Counted from the stretch's first letter, positions 9,587 to 20,880 are shown. The stretch is DNA of 64,000 nucleotides from Ferruginibacter sp. (GCA_037719925.1 JBBJMD010000003.1:4960-68959); one strand, 5' to 3'. Translations and numbers: made by a program. Notes: generated from the letters alone by a model not told the origin.

Positions 9587-10561
9587 ATGGGACTTTTCGA
9601 TAAACTCTTCGGTAAAAAACAACAACAGGAAACCCTTGACCAGGGATTACAAAAAACCCGCGAAGGTTTTTTTAGCAAGATAACAAAAGCCATCGCTGGC
9701 AAAAGCACGGTAGACGAAGCCGTGTTGGACGAGGTGGAAAATGCACTGGTAAGTGCTGATGTAGGTATTGAAACAACTGTTGAGATCATTAACCGGATCG
9801 AGAAAAGAGTTGCCCGCGATAAATATGTGGGAACCGATGAATTGAATTCCATTCTCAAAAGCGAAATCGAAAGTATATTAACCGCCGCACCCCAGGATAC
9901 GAGCTATGAAAATTATGAATTGCCCCGGGGCCACAAACCACATGTGATCCTGGTAGTAGGCGTTAATGGCGTGGGAAAAACGACTACCATTGGCAAGCTC
10001 GCCTATAATTTTTCCAATGCAGGCAAATCTGTCCTGCTGGGTGCGGCCGATACGTTCCGTGCAGCCGCGGCAGAGCAGTTAACGGTGTGGAGTGAACGCA
10101 CGAAAGTTCCCATTGTAAAAAGAGAGATGGGCAGTGATCCCGCTTCTGTCGCCTATGATACGGTCATTAGCGGAGTAGCCAGGAATGTTGATGTAATCAT
10201 TATTGATACTGCCGGAAGGCTTCATAATAAGGCGTATTTAATGGATGAGCTTTCCAAAATAAAAAAGGTTATTCAAAAAGTAATACCCGAAGCCCCACAC
10301 GAAGTAATGCTCGTGTTGGATGGCAGTACAGGGCAAAACGCTTTGGAGCAGGCAAAGCATTTTACCGCCGCAACAGATGTAACCGGCATCACTATTACCA
10401 AACTTGATGGTACGGCAAAGGGCGGGGTAGTATTGGCCATTGCGCATCAATTTCAAATCCCGGTGAAATTCATCGGCGTAGGTGAAAAAGCACAGGATTT
10501 GCTCGTTTTTGATAAACACCAGTTCGTGGAAGGCTTGTTTAACCTCGGTGAAATTGTGTAG
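9587..10561 (+). CDS. ftsY: signal recognition particle receptor FtsY
   Basis: GVNGVGKTTT, DTFRAAA, DTAGR, TKLDGTAKGG. Confidence 0.97.
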   Translation: MGLFDKLFGKKQQQETLDQGLQKTREGFFSKITKAIAGKSTVDEAVLDEVENALVSADVGIETTVEIINRIEKRVARDKYVGTDELNSILKSEIESILTAAPQDTSYENYELPRGHKPHVILVVGVNGVGKTTTIGKLAYNFSNAGKSVLLGAADTFRAAAAEQLTVWSERTKVPIVKREMGSDPASVAYDTVISGVARNVDVIIIDTAGRLHNKAYLMDELSKIKKVIQKVIPEAPHEVMLVLDGSTGQNALEQAKHFTAATDVTGITITKLDGTAKGGVVLAIAHQFQIPVKFIGVGEKAQDLLVFDKHQFVEGLFNLGEIV

Positions 10562-10679
10562 GTTTACGACCTATTGCTGCAAATAAGCCTGGCAGGCAAT
10601 CCTGACGAATAGATTTGATCACAAGAAATATTTTTCAGCCACCTTCTCAACTGAATTCTTCATTTTTTTAATTTATCCC

Positions 10680-11534
10680 ATGGTAAAAGTTGGCGAATAC
10701 AACCAGTTAAAAGTTATCCGCACTGTAGATTTCGGCGTGTATCTCGATGATGGCGCGGAAGGCATTTTATTGCCTAAACGTTTTGTACCGACAGCCACCC
10801 AAACCGGTGATGAACTGAAAGTATTTTTATACCATGATGGGGAAGACAGGATCATTGCCACTACCCAACAACCGAAAGGTGTATTAGGGGATATCGTTAA
10901 AATGCGAGCGGTAACAATTACCCCGCAGGGCGCTTTTCTGGACATGGGTTTGATGAAAGATATTTTTGTTCCCAAATCAAAACAAATAGCAGGCATGCGG
11001 CCAAACGGCGATTACCTGGTAAAAATATACCTGGATGAACAGACCGGCAGAATTGCGGCAACAGAAAAATTGGAACCCTATTTAAGCAATGAGGAACTTA
11101 CCGTAAAGGAATTGGAAATAGTAGACCTTATCGTTTACCGGCGTACTGATATCGGCTATGTTTGTATTATAAACAACCGGCACACCGGTGTCCTTCATTT
11201 CAACGAGATATATCGCAACATCCAGGAAGGTGAAAAATTCCCCGGATTCATAAAAAAAATATACCCGGAAAGCAATGATAAAAATGAACGTTTCAGAATA
11301 GATGTGGCCGCGGGAAAACCAGGTTATGAAAGAGTAGAGGATGAAGCGGCAAAAATACTCAGGCTCTTGCGGGAAAATGATGGCTACCTCCCTTACAATG
11401 ATAAAAGCAATCCCCAGGATGTGTATGATTTTTTTGGCATGAGTAAAAAGACATTTAAAATGACTACGGGTAACCTCTACCGGAATCGAAAAATATCTTT
11501 CGAAAAGACGGGTATACAATTGACAGAGCTATAA
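10680..11534 (+). CDS. cvfB: CvfB family S1 RNA-binding protein
   Basis: Tandem S1 domains (DFGVYLD, GAFLDMGL) and a C-terminal winged helix (FGMSKKTFK). Confidence 0.85.
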   Translation: MVKVGEYNQLKVIRTVDFGVYLDDGAEGILLPKRFVPTATQTGDELKVFLYHDGEDRIIATTQQPKGVLGDIVKMRAVTITPQGAFLDMGLMKDIFVPKSKQIAGMRPNGDYLVKIYLDEQTGRIAATEKLEPYLSNEELTVKELEIVDLIVYRRTDIGYVCIINNRHTGVLHFNEIYRNIQEGEKFPGFIKKIYPESNDKNERFRIDVAAGKPGYERVEDEAAKILRLLRENDGYLPYNDKSNPQDVYDFFGMSKKTFKMTTGNLYRNRKISFEKTGIQLTEL

Positions 11535-11615
11535 TTCGGCTGGTATGGATGCTGACCAGACCCCTGCAGGACAAGCAATGACACAGCCAATTTTATGCAT
11601 ACTAATATTCAAAGC

Positions 11616-12269
11616 ATGGATATTGATAACCAACACCATTATTGGAACAGCGTTGCAGCACAAAAGACCTTTACTCACCCAATCGATACCAGTTTTCTTT
11701 TACAGTATGTGGACAAAGGCGCTGCCATTGTTGACTACGGTTGCGGGTATGGACGTATTGTACAGGAACTGCTTCATTCTGGCTTTTCTAATATTAAGGG
11801 GTTCGATACGTCCACGGAACTAATCAGCAGGGGTATCCAACACCATCTTCCCATTCACCACATCAGTACCCCTTCTCAAATACCGGTCGGGGATAACAGC
11901 GTGGATTGTTTCATTTTATTTGCTCTGCTAACCTGTATACCTTCCAACGAAGGGCAATACAGGTTAATAGATTTATTACATACTAAACTAAAGCCGGGGG
12001 GATTCATCTATATCAGCGATTATTATTTGCAGGACAACAAAGTGGCAAAAAGCAGGTATACTTATTTAAATAACGACATAGATAACTTTGGGGTGTTTAG
12101 TTTATCGGAAGGAGTTACTTTTCGTCACCACGCGAAAGAATGGATCGTTACCCTGCTTAAAAATTTCAGCGTTCAAAGGGAAGTTATTATTGAGGTAAAA
12201 ACAATGAACGGCAACAGCGCTCCTGCTTTTCAAATGATGCTTCAAAAATTGCCCTGCTCATTGGCTTAG
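11616..12269 (+). CDS. class I SAM-dependent methyltransferase
   Basis: VDYGCGYGR motif I, LKPGG motif. Alternative start at 11595. Confidence 0.85.
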   Translation: MDIDNQHHYWNSVAAQKTFTHPIDTSFLLQYVDKGAAIVDYGCGYGRIVQELLHSGFSNIKGFDTSTELISRGIQHHLPIHHISTPSQIPVGDNSVDCFILFALLTCIPSNEGQYRLIDLLHTKLKPGGFIYISDYYLQDNKVAKSRYTYLNNDIDNFGVFSLSEGVTFRHHAKEWIVTLLKNFSVQREVIIEVKTMNGNSAPAFQMMLQKLPCSLA

Positions 12270-12420
12270 GATGCTTGCGGAATGCATGTTTCCCCGTATA
12301 CCCAATAAGGAAACAGGTTTACACATGATAAAACAAAAGCAGGGAAGGATCAAAATCAGCTTCTGGCTGTAAGGAGAATTTGAGAGACCGGAAAACCATC
12401 ATTCTTATAATACTATTGAA

Positions 12421-13401
12421 ATGCATATCCTCATTGTAAATAATTCAGTTATCCCCGCATTAAAATATGGCGGCACCGAAAGGGTTATCTGGTGGCTTGG
12501 AAAAGAACTGGTGAAAATGGGCCACCAGGTTTCTTACCTCGTAGCAAAAGGATCTTATTGCCCGTTCGCGGAAGTTATCGCCCTGGATCCTTCCGTTCCA
12601 TTCAACAGCCAGGTTCCCGCAACGGTAGACGTTGTACACCTGCTGACCGGTAATAATGAAAAGCCCCAAAAGCCTTATATCATAACCATGCAGGGTAATT
12701 TAAACCAACCTGTGGAACTTGACCGGAACCTGGTTTTTGTTTCGAAGAACCATGCTAACAGGTATGGCAGCGAAAGCTTTGTTTACAACAGCCTGGATAT
12801 AGCGGATTATGGCAAACCTGATCTTACATCGAAAAGACATTACGTCCATTTTCTTGCAGACGCGGCATGGAGGGTAAAGAATGTACGCGGCGCAATAAGT
12901 ATCGCAAGGAAAGCAGCCGTACAACTGCGTGTAGTCGGTGGGGTTAGGTTTAACTTCAATATGGGTATACGGCTCACCTTTGACACCAACAGCCGGTTTT
13001 TCGGGATGATAGGCGGCGAGGAAAAAAATAGGATCATCAATGGTTCAAAAGGTTTGTTATTTCCTGTATTATGGCATGAACCCTTCGGCATCGCCTTGAT
13101 TGAAAGCCTGTATTTTGGTTGCCCGGTGATCGGCACACCTTATGGATCATTAACAGAACTGATTCCAAAGGAAGTAGGTTTTCTTTCCACGAAAAAAGAG
13201 GAACTGGCGCACGCAGTAAAAAATATAGAAGCCTATGAACGTAAAGCCTGCCATGAATATGTAATGGATAATTTTACTTCAGATAAAATGGCCCGTCAGT
13301 ACCTGGGGTTGTATGAGAAGGTCATTGCAGGCGAGGCTTTAAATGCAGTTTCCCCTCGGTTAAAAAAGGTTCAGCTTGAAAAGTTTTTGCCTTTTGAGTG
13401 A
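12421..13401 (+). CDS. glycosyltransferase family 4
   Basis: YGGTERV N-terminal motif, EPFGIALIE C-terminal motif. Confidence 0.9.
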   Translation: MHILIVNNSVIPALKYGGTERVIWWLGKELVKMGHQVSYLVAKGSYCPFAEVIALDPSVPFNSQVPATVDVVHLLTGNNEKPQKPYIITMQGNLNQPVELDRNLVFVSKNHANRYGSESFVYNSLDIADYGKPDLTSKRHYVHFLADAAWRVKNVRGAISIARKAAVQLRVVGGVRFNFNMGIRLTFDTNSRFFGMIGGEEKNRIINGSKGLLFPVLWHEPFGIALIESLYFGCPVIGTPYGSLTELIPKEVGFLSTKKEELAHAVKNIEAYERKACHEYVMDNFTSDKMARQYLGLYEKVIAGEALNAVSPRLKKVQLEKFLPFE

Positions 13402-14380
13402 ACTGGCTAACCTGTTGGCCCAATTAGTAGGTATGTTGTATGTAATTGCAGGAAAATAATGTAGCATATGCTTAAGCATTCTCTTTGCATAATCATGGTC
13501 TGAACTTATTTTAAACAGCAGTAATCCACTTTTTATTAAATAAAAAAACAAAATCTTTGAAAGACGGCAGGTACTGATCGTGCTTTATAAAAGAAAATAT
13601 GGATGCAGAATTCTACGCTTTGCGGGTGCACATATTCCCTTGTATTTTTTAACCGTTTCCAGGTGCAATTGCTTATAAATGAGTACCGGCTCTTTCTGTA
13701 GTTGAGCAGGTTAATTGAAGGTCTTGGGCGCACAAACACTAATTTTCACGTAAATTATGTTCTGCCAGTAAATTTTTTTTATTAAACTTCGACCGTATTA
13801 TTACTTTACTAAGCGTAATGCTACTATGAACATTATACGCCTGATTTTTTAATTAAACTTCTGTATCACTAAGAATCCGGGAAAAACTACCCGCAGAAAA
13901 CAATATGAAATTATATCCTGTTTTACCTCTTGTATTATTGTAAATAAATCGGTAAGTTAGCTTGTTAAATTTATACCTGTGAATTACCATTTTTAACACT
14001 CCTCTTTTTTATTTCAAACTTTTTATTTCCTTCGTAAGAATTGTTAATTTCCATACGTCCTTATGTTTCGGCCCCATGGAACTGCCGTTTACAACATGAA
14101 TGTCGCCGGACAAAAGAAATCATTGCCGAATTTGCATTATCATCAGCAGGTATTATGTTAGTGATACATATACAGTCCCCGGATATCCGCATAAAGAGCC
14201 ATCCCCTTACCATACCCTCACGGCTTAAAGGGGGATAATAAATTGAACCGTTCGTACCTGCAAGGCCCCAATAGCATTTGATTAAACTAAATGTTTAACG
14301 AAACAACCTTGTATTGCCCTTTTTATTTTTTTAACGGGTGAAGGGACGGATAAAACATAGCTTCATATAAATTTTAAATT

Positions 14381-15377
14381 ATGCGGTGGTTAAAAATAAT
14401 GTTACTCGTGCTGGTTGTACTGGCAATTATTTATTGGATGGGCCCTTCTCCATCAACCCCGCGATATGATGTTGCAATGCCGGTAGTGCCAGCCATAAAC
14501 GTTGGAGACCTTTGTTGCTGCAAATGAAGGAGCACACAGGCTTCGCCCGGATAACGAAGCCAGGATCGTATGGGTAAGCGATTCCTTAAAGCAAAAAACA
14601 AGTTATGCATTGGTATACCTTCACGGGTTTTCGGCTTCACAAAAAGAAGGAGATCCGGTGCACAGGAATATTGCAAAACGGTTTGGCTGCAATTTGTACC
14701 TGGCAAGGTTGGCCGAACATGGCATTGATACCACGGAGCAATTGATGAACCTTACTGCCGACAATTACTGGGAGAGCGCAAAGCAGGCCTTGGCAATCGG
14801 AAAACAATTGGGCGATAAAGTTATATTAATGGGAACGAGTACCGGGGCCACACAGGCATTGCTACTGGCCGCTTCTTACCCGCATGACATAGCAGCGCTG
14901 ATATTATATTCACCCAATATCGCCATCAACGATCCAAATGCCTGGATATTGAATAATCACTGGGGTTTACAGATCGCCCGTTTGGTGAAGGGGGGTAATT
15001 ATAATGTACCGGAAGATAACCGGCCGATCTATAAACAATACTGGAACAAGCCTTACCGGCTTGAAGCCGCCGTTGCGCTCGAAGAAATGCTGGAAACTTC
15101 CATGAACAAAGAGACTTTTGAGAAGGTAAGACAACCTGTATTGTTGTTATATTATTATAAAGATGAACAAAACCAGGACCCGGTTGTGAAAGTAAGCGCA
15201 ATGAAAAAAATGTTTACCGGGCTCGCTGCCAATGATTCGATAAAAAGAGAAATTGCGTTGCCTAATACCGGCAACCATGTGATAGCATCGCCTATAAAGT
15301 CTAGGGACGTAGCAACCGTGGAAAAGGAAACCACCCGTTTTTTAGAAGAAGTGGTTCATTTGCAGGTAAAACAATAA
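14381..15377 (+). CDS. membrane-anchored alpha/beta hydrolase (frameshift near 14500)
   Basis: ATG 14381 encodes an anchor MRWLKIMLLVLVVLAIIYWMGP out of frame with ORF 14502-15377, which has HGFSAS, GTSTG, D and H. Confidence 0.75.
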
Positions 15378-15486
15378 GTGTATACGGGACTTCAGGAAAT
15401 TAACAAAGCGGGATAGTTCACCCAACTTCTATTGCTAATTTATACTTTCACTTTTTTAAGTAATAAAGGTATCAATATTTTGTTCA

Positions 15487-15873
15487 ATGCAACATAACCA
15501 ACAAATGAAAACGCCGGGTAAAGTAAATATTGCCGAAAAGCTATCCTTGTTCACAGAATACTGGAACCCCAAAATAATCGGGGAACTGAATGGCCAGCAA
15601 GTGAAACTTGTAAAATTAAAGGGTGAATTTGTATGGCACAAACATGAGGGTGAGGACGAACTGTTTTATGTATTAAAAGTCCAATTGAAAATGGAGTACA
15701 GGGATAAAACGATCGATGTAAATGAAAATGAATTTTTAATAGTTCCGAGAGGTACAGAACACCGGCCCGTTGCACAGGAAGAGGTTTCCGTGATGCTCTT
15801 TGAACCAGCCACCACCTTAAATACAGGGGATACATTGGGAAATCTCACTCAGCCGGTATTAGATGTCATTTAA
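15487..15873 (+). CDS. cupin domain protein
   Basis: WHKHEGEDELF and VPRGTEHRP cupin motifs. Confidence 0.85.
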   Translation: MQHNQQMKTPGKVNIAEKLSLFTEYWNPKIIGELNGQQVKLVKLKGEFVWHKHEGEDELFYVLKVQLKMEYRDKTIDVNENEFLIVPRGTEHRPVAQEEVSVMLFEPATTLNTGDTLGNLTQPVLDVI

Positions 15874-15997
15874 AAATTATAACATCTTCAATACTGTTTA
15901 CCGGAAGAGCCTATGTTCAAAGTGTTTATAAATGTTGTTCGTCCAAAATTTTTTTTCACGGCGAACTGGAGGGATAAGATTATGAAAATCGAAGGGG

Positions 15998-16726
15998 TTA
16001 CAAGTATATTTTCATCAATTCTCCCCAATACCTTGCCTTGTGGGCTTCACCATCAAGTAAATGCAGGATATTGGGTATGTTTTTTTTATGAAGGCTCCTG
16101 CTTAGCTGGAGGTTATTTTCAAGAAAAGCATCTTCGATACCAATCGCGAAGATGATGTCTAGTTTTTTTAGCGCACTGATGCCGGCTTCACTGGTAAGGT
16201 TGTGAATATATTGCCCGGGCATATTATAATAAATGTCTTCGTCCCAGTAATCATCAAACAGGTCATCAAAGAATTCCAGTTTAATCGTGAGATCATATCG
16301 GCCACTCATGCCGACCACTTTTTTAAAGAGATGGGGGTGCCGGAAAGCAAGGTTTACCGCATGGTATCCGCCAAGGCTGCACCCTGCTGAAATAATATCC
16401 GGATTTTTATTACGTTGTTTAATAAAAGGGATGACTTCTTTTACCACGTAATTTTCAAAACGCATATGGCGCTTCATCCTTTCCGAAGGAGCAATGGTTT
16501 TGCAATAGAAGCTTTCTTCATCCGTACTATCGATACAATAGACCTGGATCTTTCCGGATACAATTTTTTCTTTCATCGCTTCAATAACTCCCCAATCCTC
16601 GTAGTCGTAGAATCTTGCCATTCGTGTAGGAAAAAACAAAACTGGGCAGCCTGCATGACCAAATATCAGTAACTCCATATCCCTTTGCAGGTGCGGGCTA
16701 TACCATTTTCTATATTCCCTTTCCAT
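15998..16726 (-). CDS. esterase, alpha/beta hydrolase fold
   Basis: GCSLG nucleophile elbow, FGHAG.PVLFFPT family motif, C-terminal His. Confidence 0.85.
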   Translation of the reverse strand: MEREYRKWYSPHLQRDMELLIFGHAGCPVLFFPTRMARFYDYEDWGVIEAMKEKIVSGKIQVYCIDSTDEESFYCKTIAPSERMKRHMRFENYVVKEVIPFIKQRNKNPDIISAGCSLGGYHAVNLAFRHPHLFKKVVGMSGRYDLTIKLEFFDDLFDDYWDEDIYYNMPGQYIHNLTSEAGISALKKLDIIFAIGIEDAFLENNLQLSRSLHKKNIPNILHLLDGEAHKARYWGELMKIYL

Positions 16727-16773
16727 TGTTGTTTTTTGGAAGGTTCGCGTATCTTAAATACCGGTTATTGCAA

Positions 16774-17391
16774 TCAGGCGCTCTTTTGTATTTTCAAACT
16801 TTCTTCACTGATGGCGGTCAGTATAATATCTTTCCAGAGTTCGTATCCCTTTTCATTGATATGCAATCCATCCGGTTCAAGGAACTCATGATTGGGATAT
16901 CCCTTTTTGTCTGTCATGCTATCATAAATATTGATATAGCTAATGTTGCCACCTGTCTTTTTAATGCCGGCTTCTATCATCCTGTTGCTTTGCCTTATCT
17001 TATCCACAATTTCCCAGCGTGTAATACTAGGTTTGATAGAAATAAACCCGACTGGGATGTCGCCATATCGTTGGTTGATCAGGTGTACCAGTTCATTAAA
17101 AAAGAGGAATACTTCTTCCGCGCTTCTTCCATCTCCCAGGTCATTGTCGCCTGCATAAATAATGATAGATTGCGGCTGCAGGTGAAGGAACACACGCTCA
17201 AAAAACCAGCCGCAGGCAGCAAGCGTTGATCCACCAAAACCCAAATTCAGGGGAGCATAATCTTTAAAATCTTCTTCCAGGCTTTCCCATAATCTTATGG
17301 AAGAACTTCCATAAAAAGCAATTCCGGGCTGATGGTTTGCACCCGCCAGTTCTGTTTCCAACCTATTGATCTCTTCTTCATACCAATGCAT
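16774..17391 (-). CDS. GDSL/SGNH esterase
   Basis: YGSSS, GFGGS, YAGDND and DGLH blocks. Confidence 0.9.
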   Translation of the reverse strand: MHWYEEEINRLETELAGANHQPGIAFYGSSSIRLWESLEEDFKDYAPLNLGFGGSTLAACGWFFERVFLHLQPQSIIIYAGDNDLGDGRSAEEVFLFFNELVHLINQRYGDIPVGFISIKPSITRWEIVDKIRQSNRMIEAGIKKTGGNISYINIYDSMTDKKGYPNHEFLEPDGLHINEKGYELWKDIILTAISEESLKIQKSA

Positions 17392-17580
17392 TCCAGGAGT
17401 GTTGTTTAAGAAAGTTAAATATAGTTTGATTTAGTCTTTGAAAATAAAAAACGATTGAATTTCAAAATTAACCTGCAATGTCTGAAAGGCCGGCCAATCT
17501 TCGTTTTTTTTATTGCACGGTGGTGAGTTACATGCAGAACAAACCGGGAAGGATGGTGCCGGTTTTTAATAAAACCCTCC

Positions 17581-18873
17581 TTATTGTTTAATCCATCCTG
17601 ACCTGGTACCGGCTGCGACATACCGATATTCGCCATAGATACCCAGGATGTCAAGTTCAGCACCTGTATCCAGGTTTTGTATCACCGGGGATACTTCATC
17701 CGGCGCCTCCATTAATTTTGCGGGCGCTTTTAAGGTGAGGGACCTTATTTTTTTTTGAATCGATACGAGGTTTGCTGCAGGAATAAACCTGGTTTCCCCA
17801 GTCGGTAATATGGCTTTGTAAAGATTGTTTGTGGCTGCAGTTATTCGTACAGGTGTGTTTTCCACGGGCTTTTCTTTTGCCCTTTTCCATGTGAAAGAAA
17901 GCCCTGCGCCGCTTTCCCAGATCCGCATTAACTTGCCTAATACCGCAGTTGATGCAATAACGGGCCTGGGTGCAGCTGCCACAGGATTGATATAGGGCAA
18001 AGGGTCAACCGCGCCACTGCTGGTGTAGATCCCAAAATGAAGATGCGGGGATGTAAATCTCGCATTACCGGTGTTCCCCATGAGGCCAATAATGTCTCCT
18101 GCCCTTACCCTTTGGCCGTTCGTAGCTATCTGCGAATCAAGGTGTGCGTAATACCAGCTTTCGTTGCTATTGGCATCCCGGATAAAAATTACTTTTCCAC
18201 CCAGGTTATTCTCTGTTACCCGGCTGACATATCCATCCCCGATCGCGAGCAGGGGCGTTCTTAAAGTACCACTGATGTCTACCCCTTCATGTTTTCTTGC
18301 GCCACGGTCCCTGCCATCGCCCCAGACGCTGATAATGCGGTTTTTGGTGGCAGAAGGTGCGGGGTAGGCCAGCGATGGACCCGTAGTTATCGTCAGTATG
18401 TATGAACCGCTCTGTAGCACTTCGGGTTGAAGCCGTAGAATAAAATTGGTATTTTCCTTCACGTTATACCGAAGCAGGTTACTATTGGTATCAATCGATT
18501 GCATATATCTGGTAACGCCATCTACACTCGAGAAAAGGTCAGCGAATAAAAACTTTTTATCCGCTGGTGTTGCAGATACTTCAATGGTAAGCAGTTCACC
18601 TCTTTTAGCGTTGAACTGTAAGCCGGTGGACTCCGGACGGTCTGCGGCAAAATAGCCGTTTTCCTTGTAGGGCAGGGGTACGGCAATGGGATTGATGATC
18701 GCTGTTTGGGCCGCTTCAAACCACCGGTTGCCGATAGCTGTCTGCCTGAGTCCTGCTTTATCCAATTTTTCCCCGTATTGTTCATGAAGGGTTTTCTTAC
18801 TAAATACCCCTGTCGGGGTTTTGCAGGAATAAAATGCAAGCAAAATGATAAAAACCGGGAACGATCTGAACAT
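17581..18873 (-). CDS. M23 family metallopeptidase, probable lipoprotein
   Basis: HEGVD, YYAHL and HLH zinc motifs; lipobox-like FYSC. Confidence 0.9.
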   Translation of the reverse strand: MFRSFPVFIILLAFYSCKTPTGVFSKKTLHEQYGEKLDKAGLRQTAIGNRWFEAAQTAIINPIAVPLPYKENGYFAADRPESTGLQFNAKRGELLTIEVSATPADKKFLFADLFSSVDGVTRYMQSIDTNSNLLRYNVKENTNFILRLQPEVLQSGSYILTITTGPSLAYPAPSATKNRIISVWGDGRDRGARKHEGVDISGTLRTPLLAIGDGYVSRVTENNLGGKVIFIRDANSNESWYYAHLDSQIATNGQRVRAGDIIGLMGNTGNARFTSPHLHFGIYTSSGAVDPLPYINPVAAAPRPVIASTAVLGKLMRIWESGAGLSFTWKRAKEKPVENTPVRITAATNNLYKAILPTGETRFIPAANLVSIQKKIRSLTLKAPAKLMEAPDEVSPVIQNLDTGAELDILGIYGEYRYVAAGTRSGWIKQ

Positions 18874-19181
18874 ACATGTATTTTACAATAATAGAATAAG
18901 AATGATGCCAACTTAGGAGGTGAGAACAGCACCCTAGGAGGCTATCTGTGGTGGGCGGATTTATCTATCGGGCAGGATCAACCTGCTTTCATTGTCTTCC
19001 GGCCGGTGATGGCTGAGAATTGCATGTACTGTCGAAATAGCTCGTTATTTGAAAGTAGTGGAGCTACATGCTGCCAATACCCGGGGTGGAAAAAATTTTA
19101 AAAGGGCAATGACCCAGCGCTTAAAACACAAGGGTATTTCATTCATTCAGGCCCGGCAGTCTATGGTCTTTGCAAAGTGTG

Positions 19182-19189
19182 TACCTTTG
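19182..19189 (+). promoter_or_regulatory. -7 promoter element for rimO
   Basis: TACCTTTG, 10 nt upstream of ATG 19200. Confidence 0.6.
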
Positions 19190-19199
19190 CAGCCGAATT

Positions 19200-20507
19200 A
19201 TGAAAACAAAGACTTTATACCGCGACAAAGTGAACATTATCACCCTCGGATGCAGTAAAAATATGGTGGATAGCGAGGTGCTGAGTGGCCAGTTGATAGC
19301 GAATGATATCGATGCCGTGCATGAAAGCGCTAAGCGTGACCACAATATCGTAATTGTAAATACCTGCGGATTTATCGAAAAGGCGAAAGAAGAAAGCGTA
19401 AACACGATATTACAACAGGTAGAACTGAAACGCAGGGGCAAGATTGATAAAGTTTATGTAACTGGTTGTCTCAGCGAAAGGTATAAAAATAATCTTGAAA
19501 CAGAGATCCCGGAAGTAGATGCTTACTTCGGTACAATGGAACTTCCCCAGATACTAAAACAATTTGAGGCGGATTACAAAGCCGACCTGGTAGGCGAACG
19601 CCTGTTGTGCACCCCACAGCATTATGCTTATATGAAAATAAGCGAAGGGTGTAACCGAACCTGCTCCTTCTGCGCCATACCAATGATGCGCGGAAAGCAT
19701 ATAAGCCGCCCGATCGAATCCCTGGTTGATGAGGCCAAACGACTTGTAGACCGGGGAGTAAAAGAAGTGATGCTGATCGCCCAGGAACTTACTTATTACG
19801 GGCTGGATATTTATAAGAAGCGGGAGTTGCCAAAATTGTTACATGCTCTGGCTGATGTAAAAGGACTCGAATGGATCAGGCTACATTATGCCTACCCGTC
19901 AAAGTTCCCGCTCGAGATCATTGATGCTATAAAGGAAAGGGATAATATTTGTAACTACCTGGACATGCCCCTGCAGCATGCCGCCAATAAAATGCTGCAA
20001 CGGATGAAGCGCCTGATCACCCGCGAAGAAATGGAGGACCTCATAGGTGAGATCCGGATGCGGATACCGGCTATTTGTTTGCGTACCACGCTGATTGCAG
20101 GTTTCCCCGGCGAAACCCGGGATGATGTGGAAGAACTGAAAACCTTTCTTCTAAAGATGCGTTTTGACCGGGTGGGCACTTTTACGTACAGTCACGAAGA
20201 AGGCACCGGCGCCTATCAACTCGAGGATGACGTGCCGGCCGCCGAAAAAGAAGAAAGGGCACAGGAGATCATGGAAGTGCAGCAGGAGATCAGCCTGGAA
20301 AAAAACCAGGAAAAAGTAGGCAAAACCTTTAAGGTAATGATCGATAAAAAAGAAGCCGGCCGGTATCTGGGCCGAACAGAGTTTGATAGCGTTGAGGTCG
20401 ACAATGAAGTAATCATTCAAAGCAGCAGGAAATTAATTATTGGGGACTTCGCAAATGTCCGCATAACCAAAGCCTATGATTACGACCTGGAGGGAGAGGT
20501 GGTGTAA
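19200..20507 (+). CDS. rimO: ribosomal protein S12 methylthiotransferase
   Basis: LGCSKNMVDSE, NTCGFI, radical SAM CNRTCSFC, C-terminal TRAM domain. Confidence 0.95.
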   Translation: MKTKTLYRDKVNIITLGCSKNMVDSEVLSGQLIANDIDAVHESAKRDHNIVIVNTCGFIEKAKEESVNTILQQVELKRRGKIDKVYVTGCLSERYKNNLETEIPEVDAYFGTMELPQILKQFEADYKADLVGERLLCTPQHYAYMKISEGCNRTCSFCAIPMMRGKHISRPIESLVDEAKRLVDRGVKEVMLIAQELTYYGLDIYKKRELPKLLHALADVKGLEWIRLHYAYPSKFPLEIIDAIKERDNICNYLDMPLQHAANKMLQRMKRLITREEMEDLIGEIRMRIPAICLRTTLIAGFPGETRDDVEELKTFLLKMRFDRVGTFTYSHEEGTGAYQLEDDVPAAEKEERAQEIMEVQQEISLEKNQEKVGKTFKVMIDKKEAGRYLGRTEFDSVEVDNEVIIQSSRKLIIGDFANVRITKAYDYDLEGEVV

Positions 20508-20513
20508 AAAAAT

Positions 20514-20533
20514 AGCCGGCATTGAAGCCGGCT
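20514..20533. terminator. hairpin after rimO
   Basis: agccggc-attgaa-gccggct, preceded by an A tract. Confidence 0.45.
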
Positions 20534-20880
20534 GCTGCTAATGGAAAGACGCCATTGTCTTGAATAGTTTATTTTAATCAGGTTGTTTTCTTACCCGCTC
20601 ATTAGCTGTTGCTTTTTTCCTTCGTAGGCTCATTTCTCCTCTCCTTTTTTAATCGGCTGTTTGCTGCCCCGCGGGTAAACCAATTTTCAAAACATTCGAA
20701 GCCATCACTCAATAATGAAAACAATTGGTCTCCGGACCAGGCGCCCTATTTCGGGCGGCACATACCAGGTTTCTTATTTGTATAAAACAACAGGGCGTTC
20801 AGAACCTTTTCATTTTTATGCTCGCTGTTTGCCATTTACACTAGCATTAAAAGAAGCACCACTTTTTCTAACCGGTACAT

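Noticed and set aside
11616-12269. N-methyl-bacillithiol methyltransferase (NmbA), given bshC and bstA in the window
   Set aside because: Only generic class I motifs are visible, and the gene is not adjacent to bsh genes.
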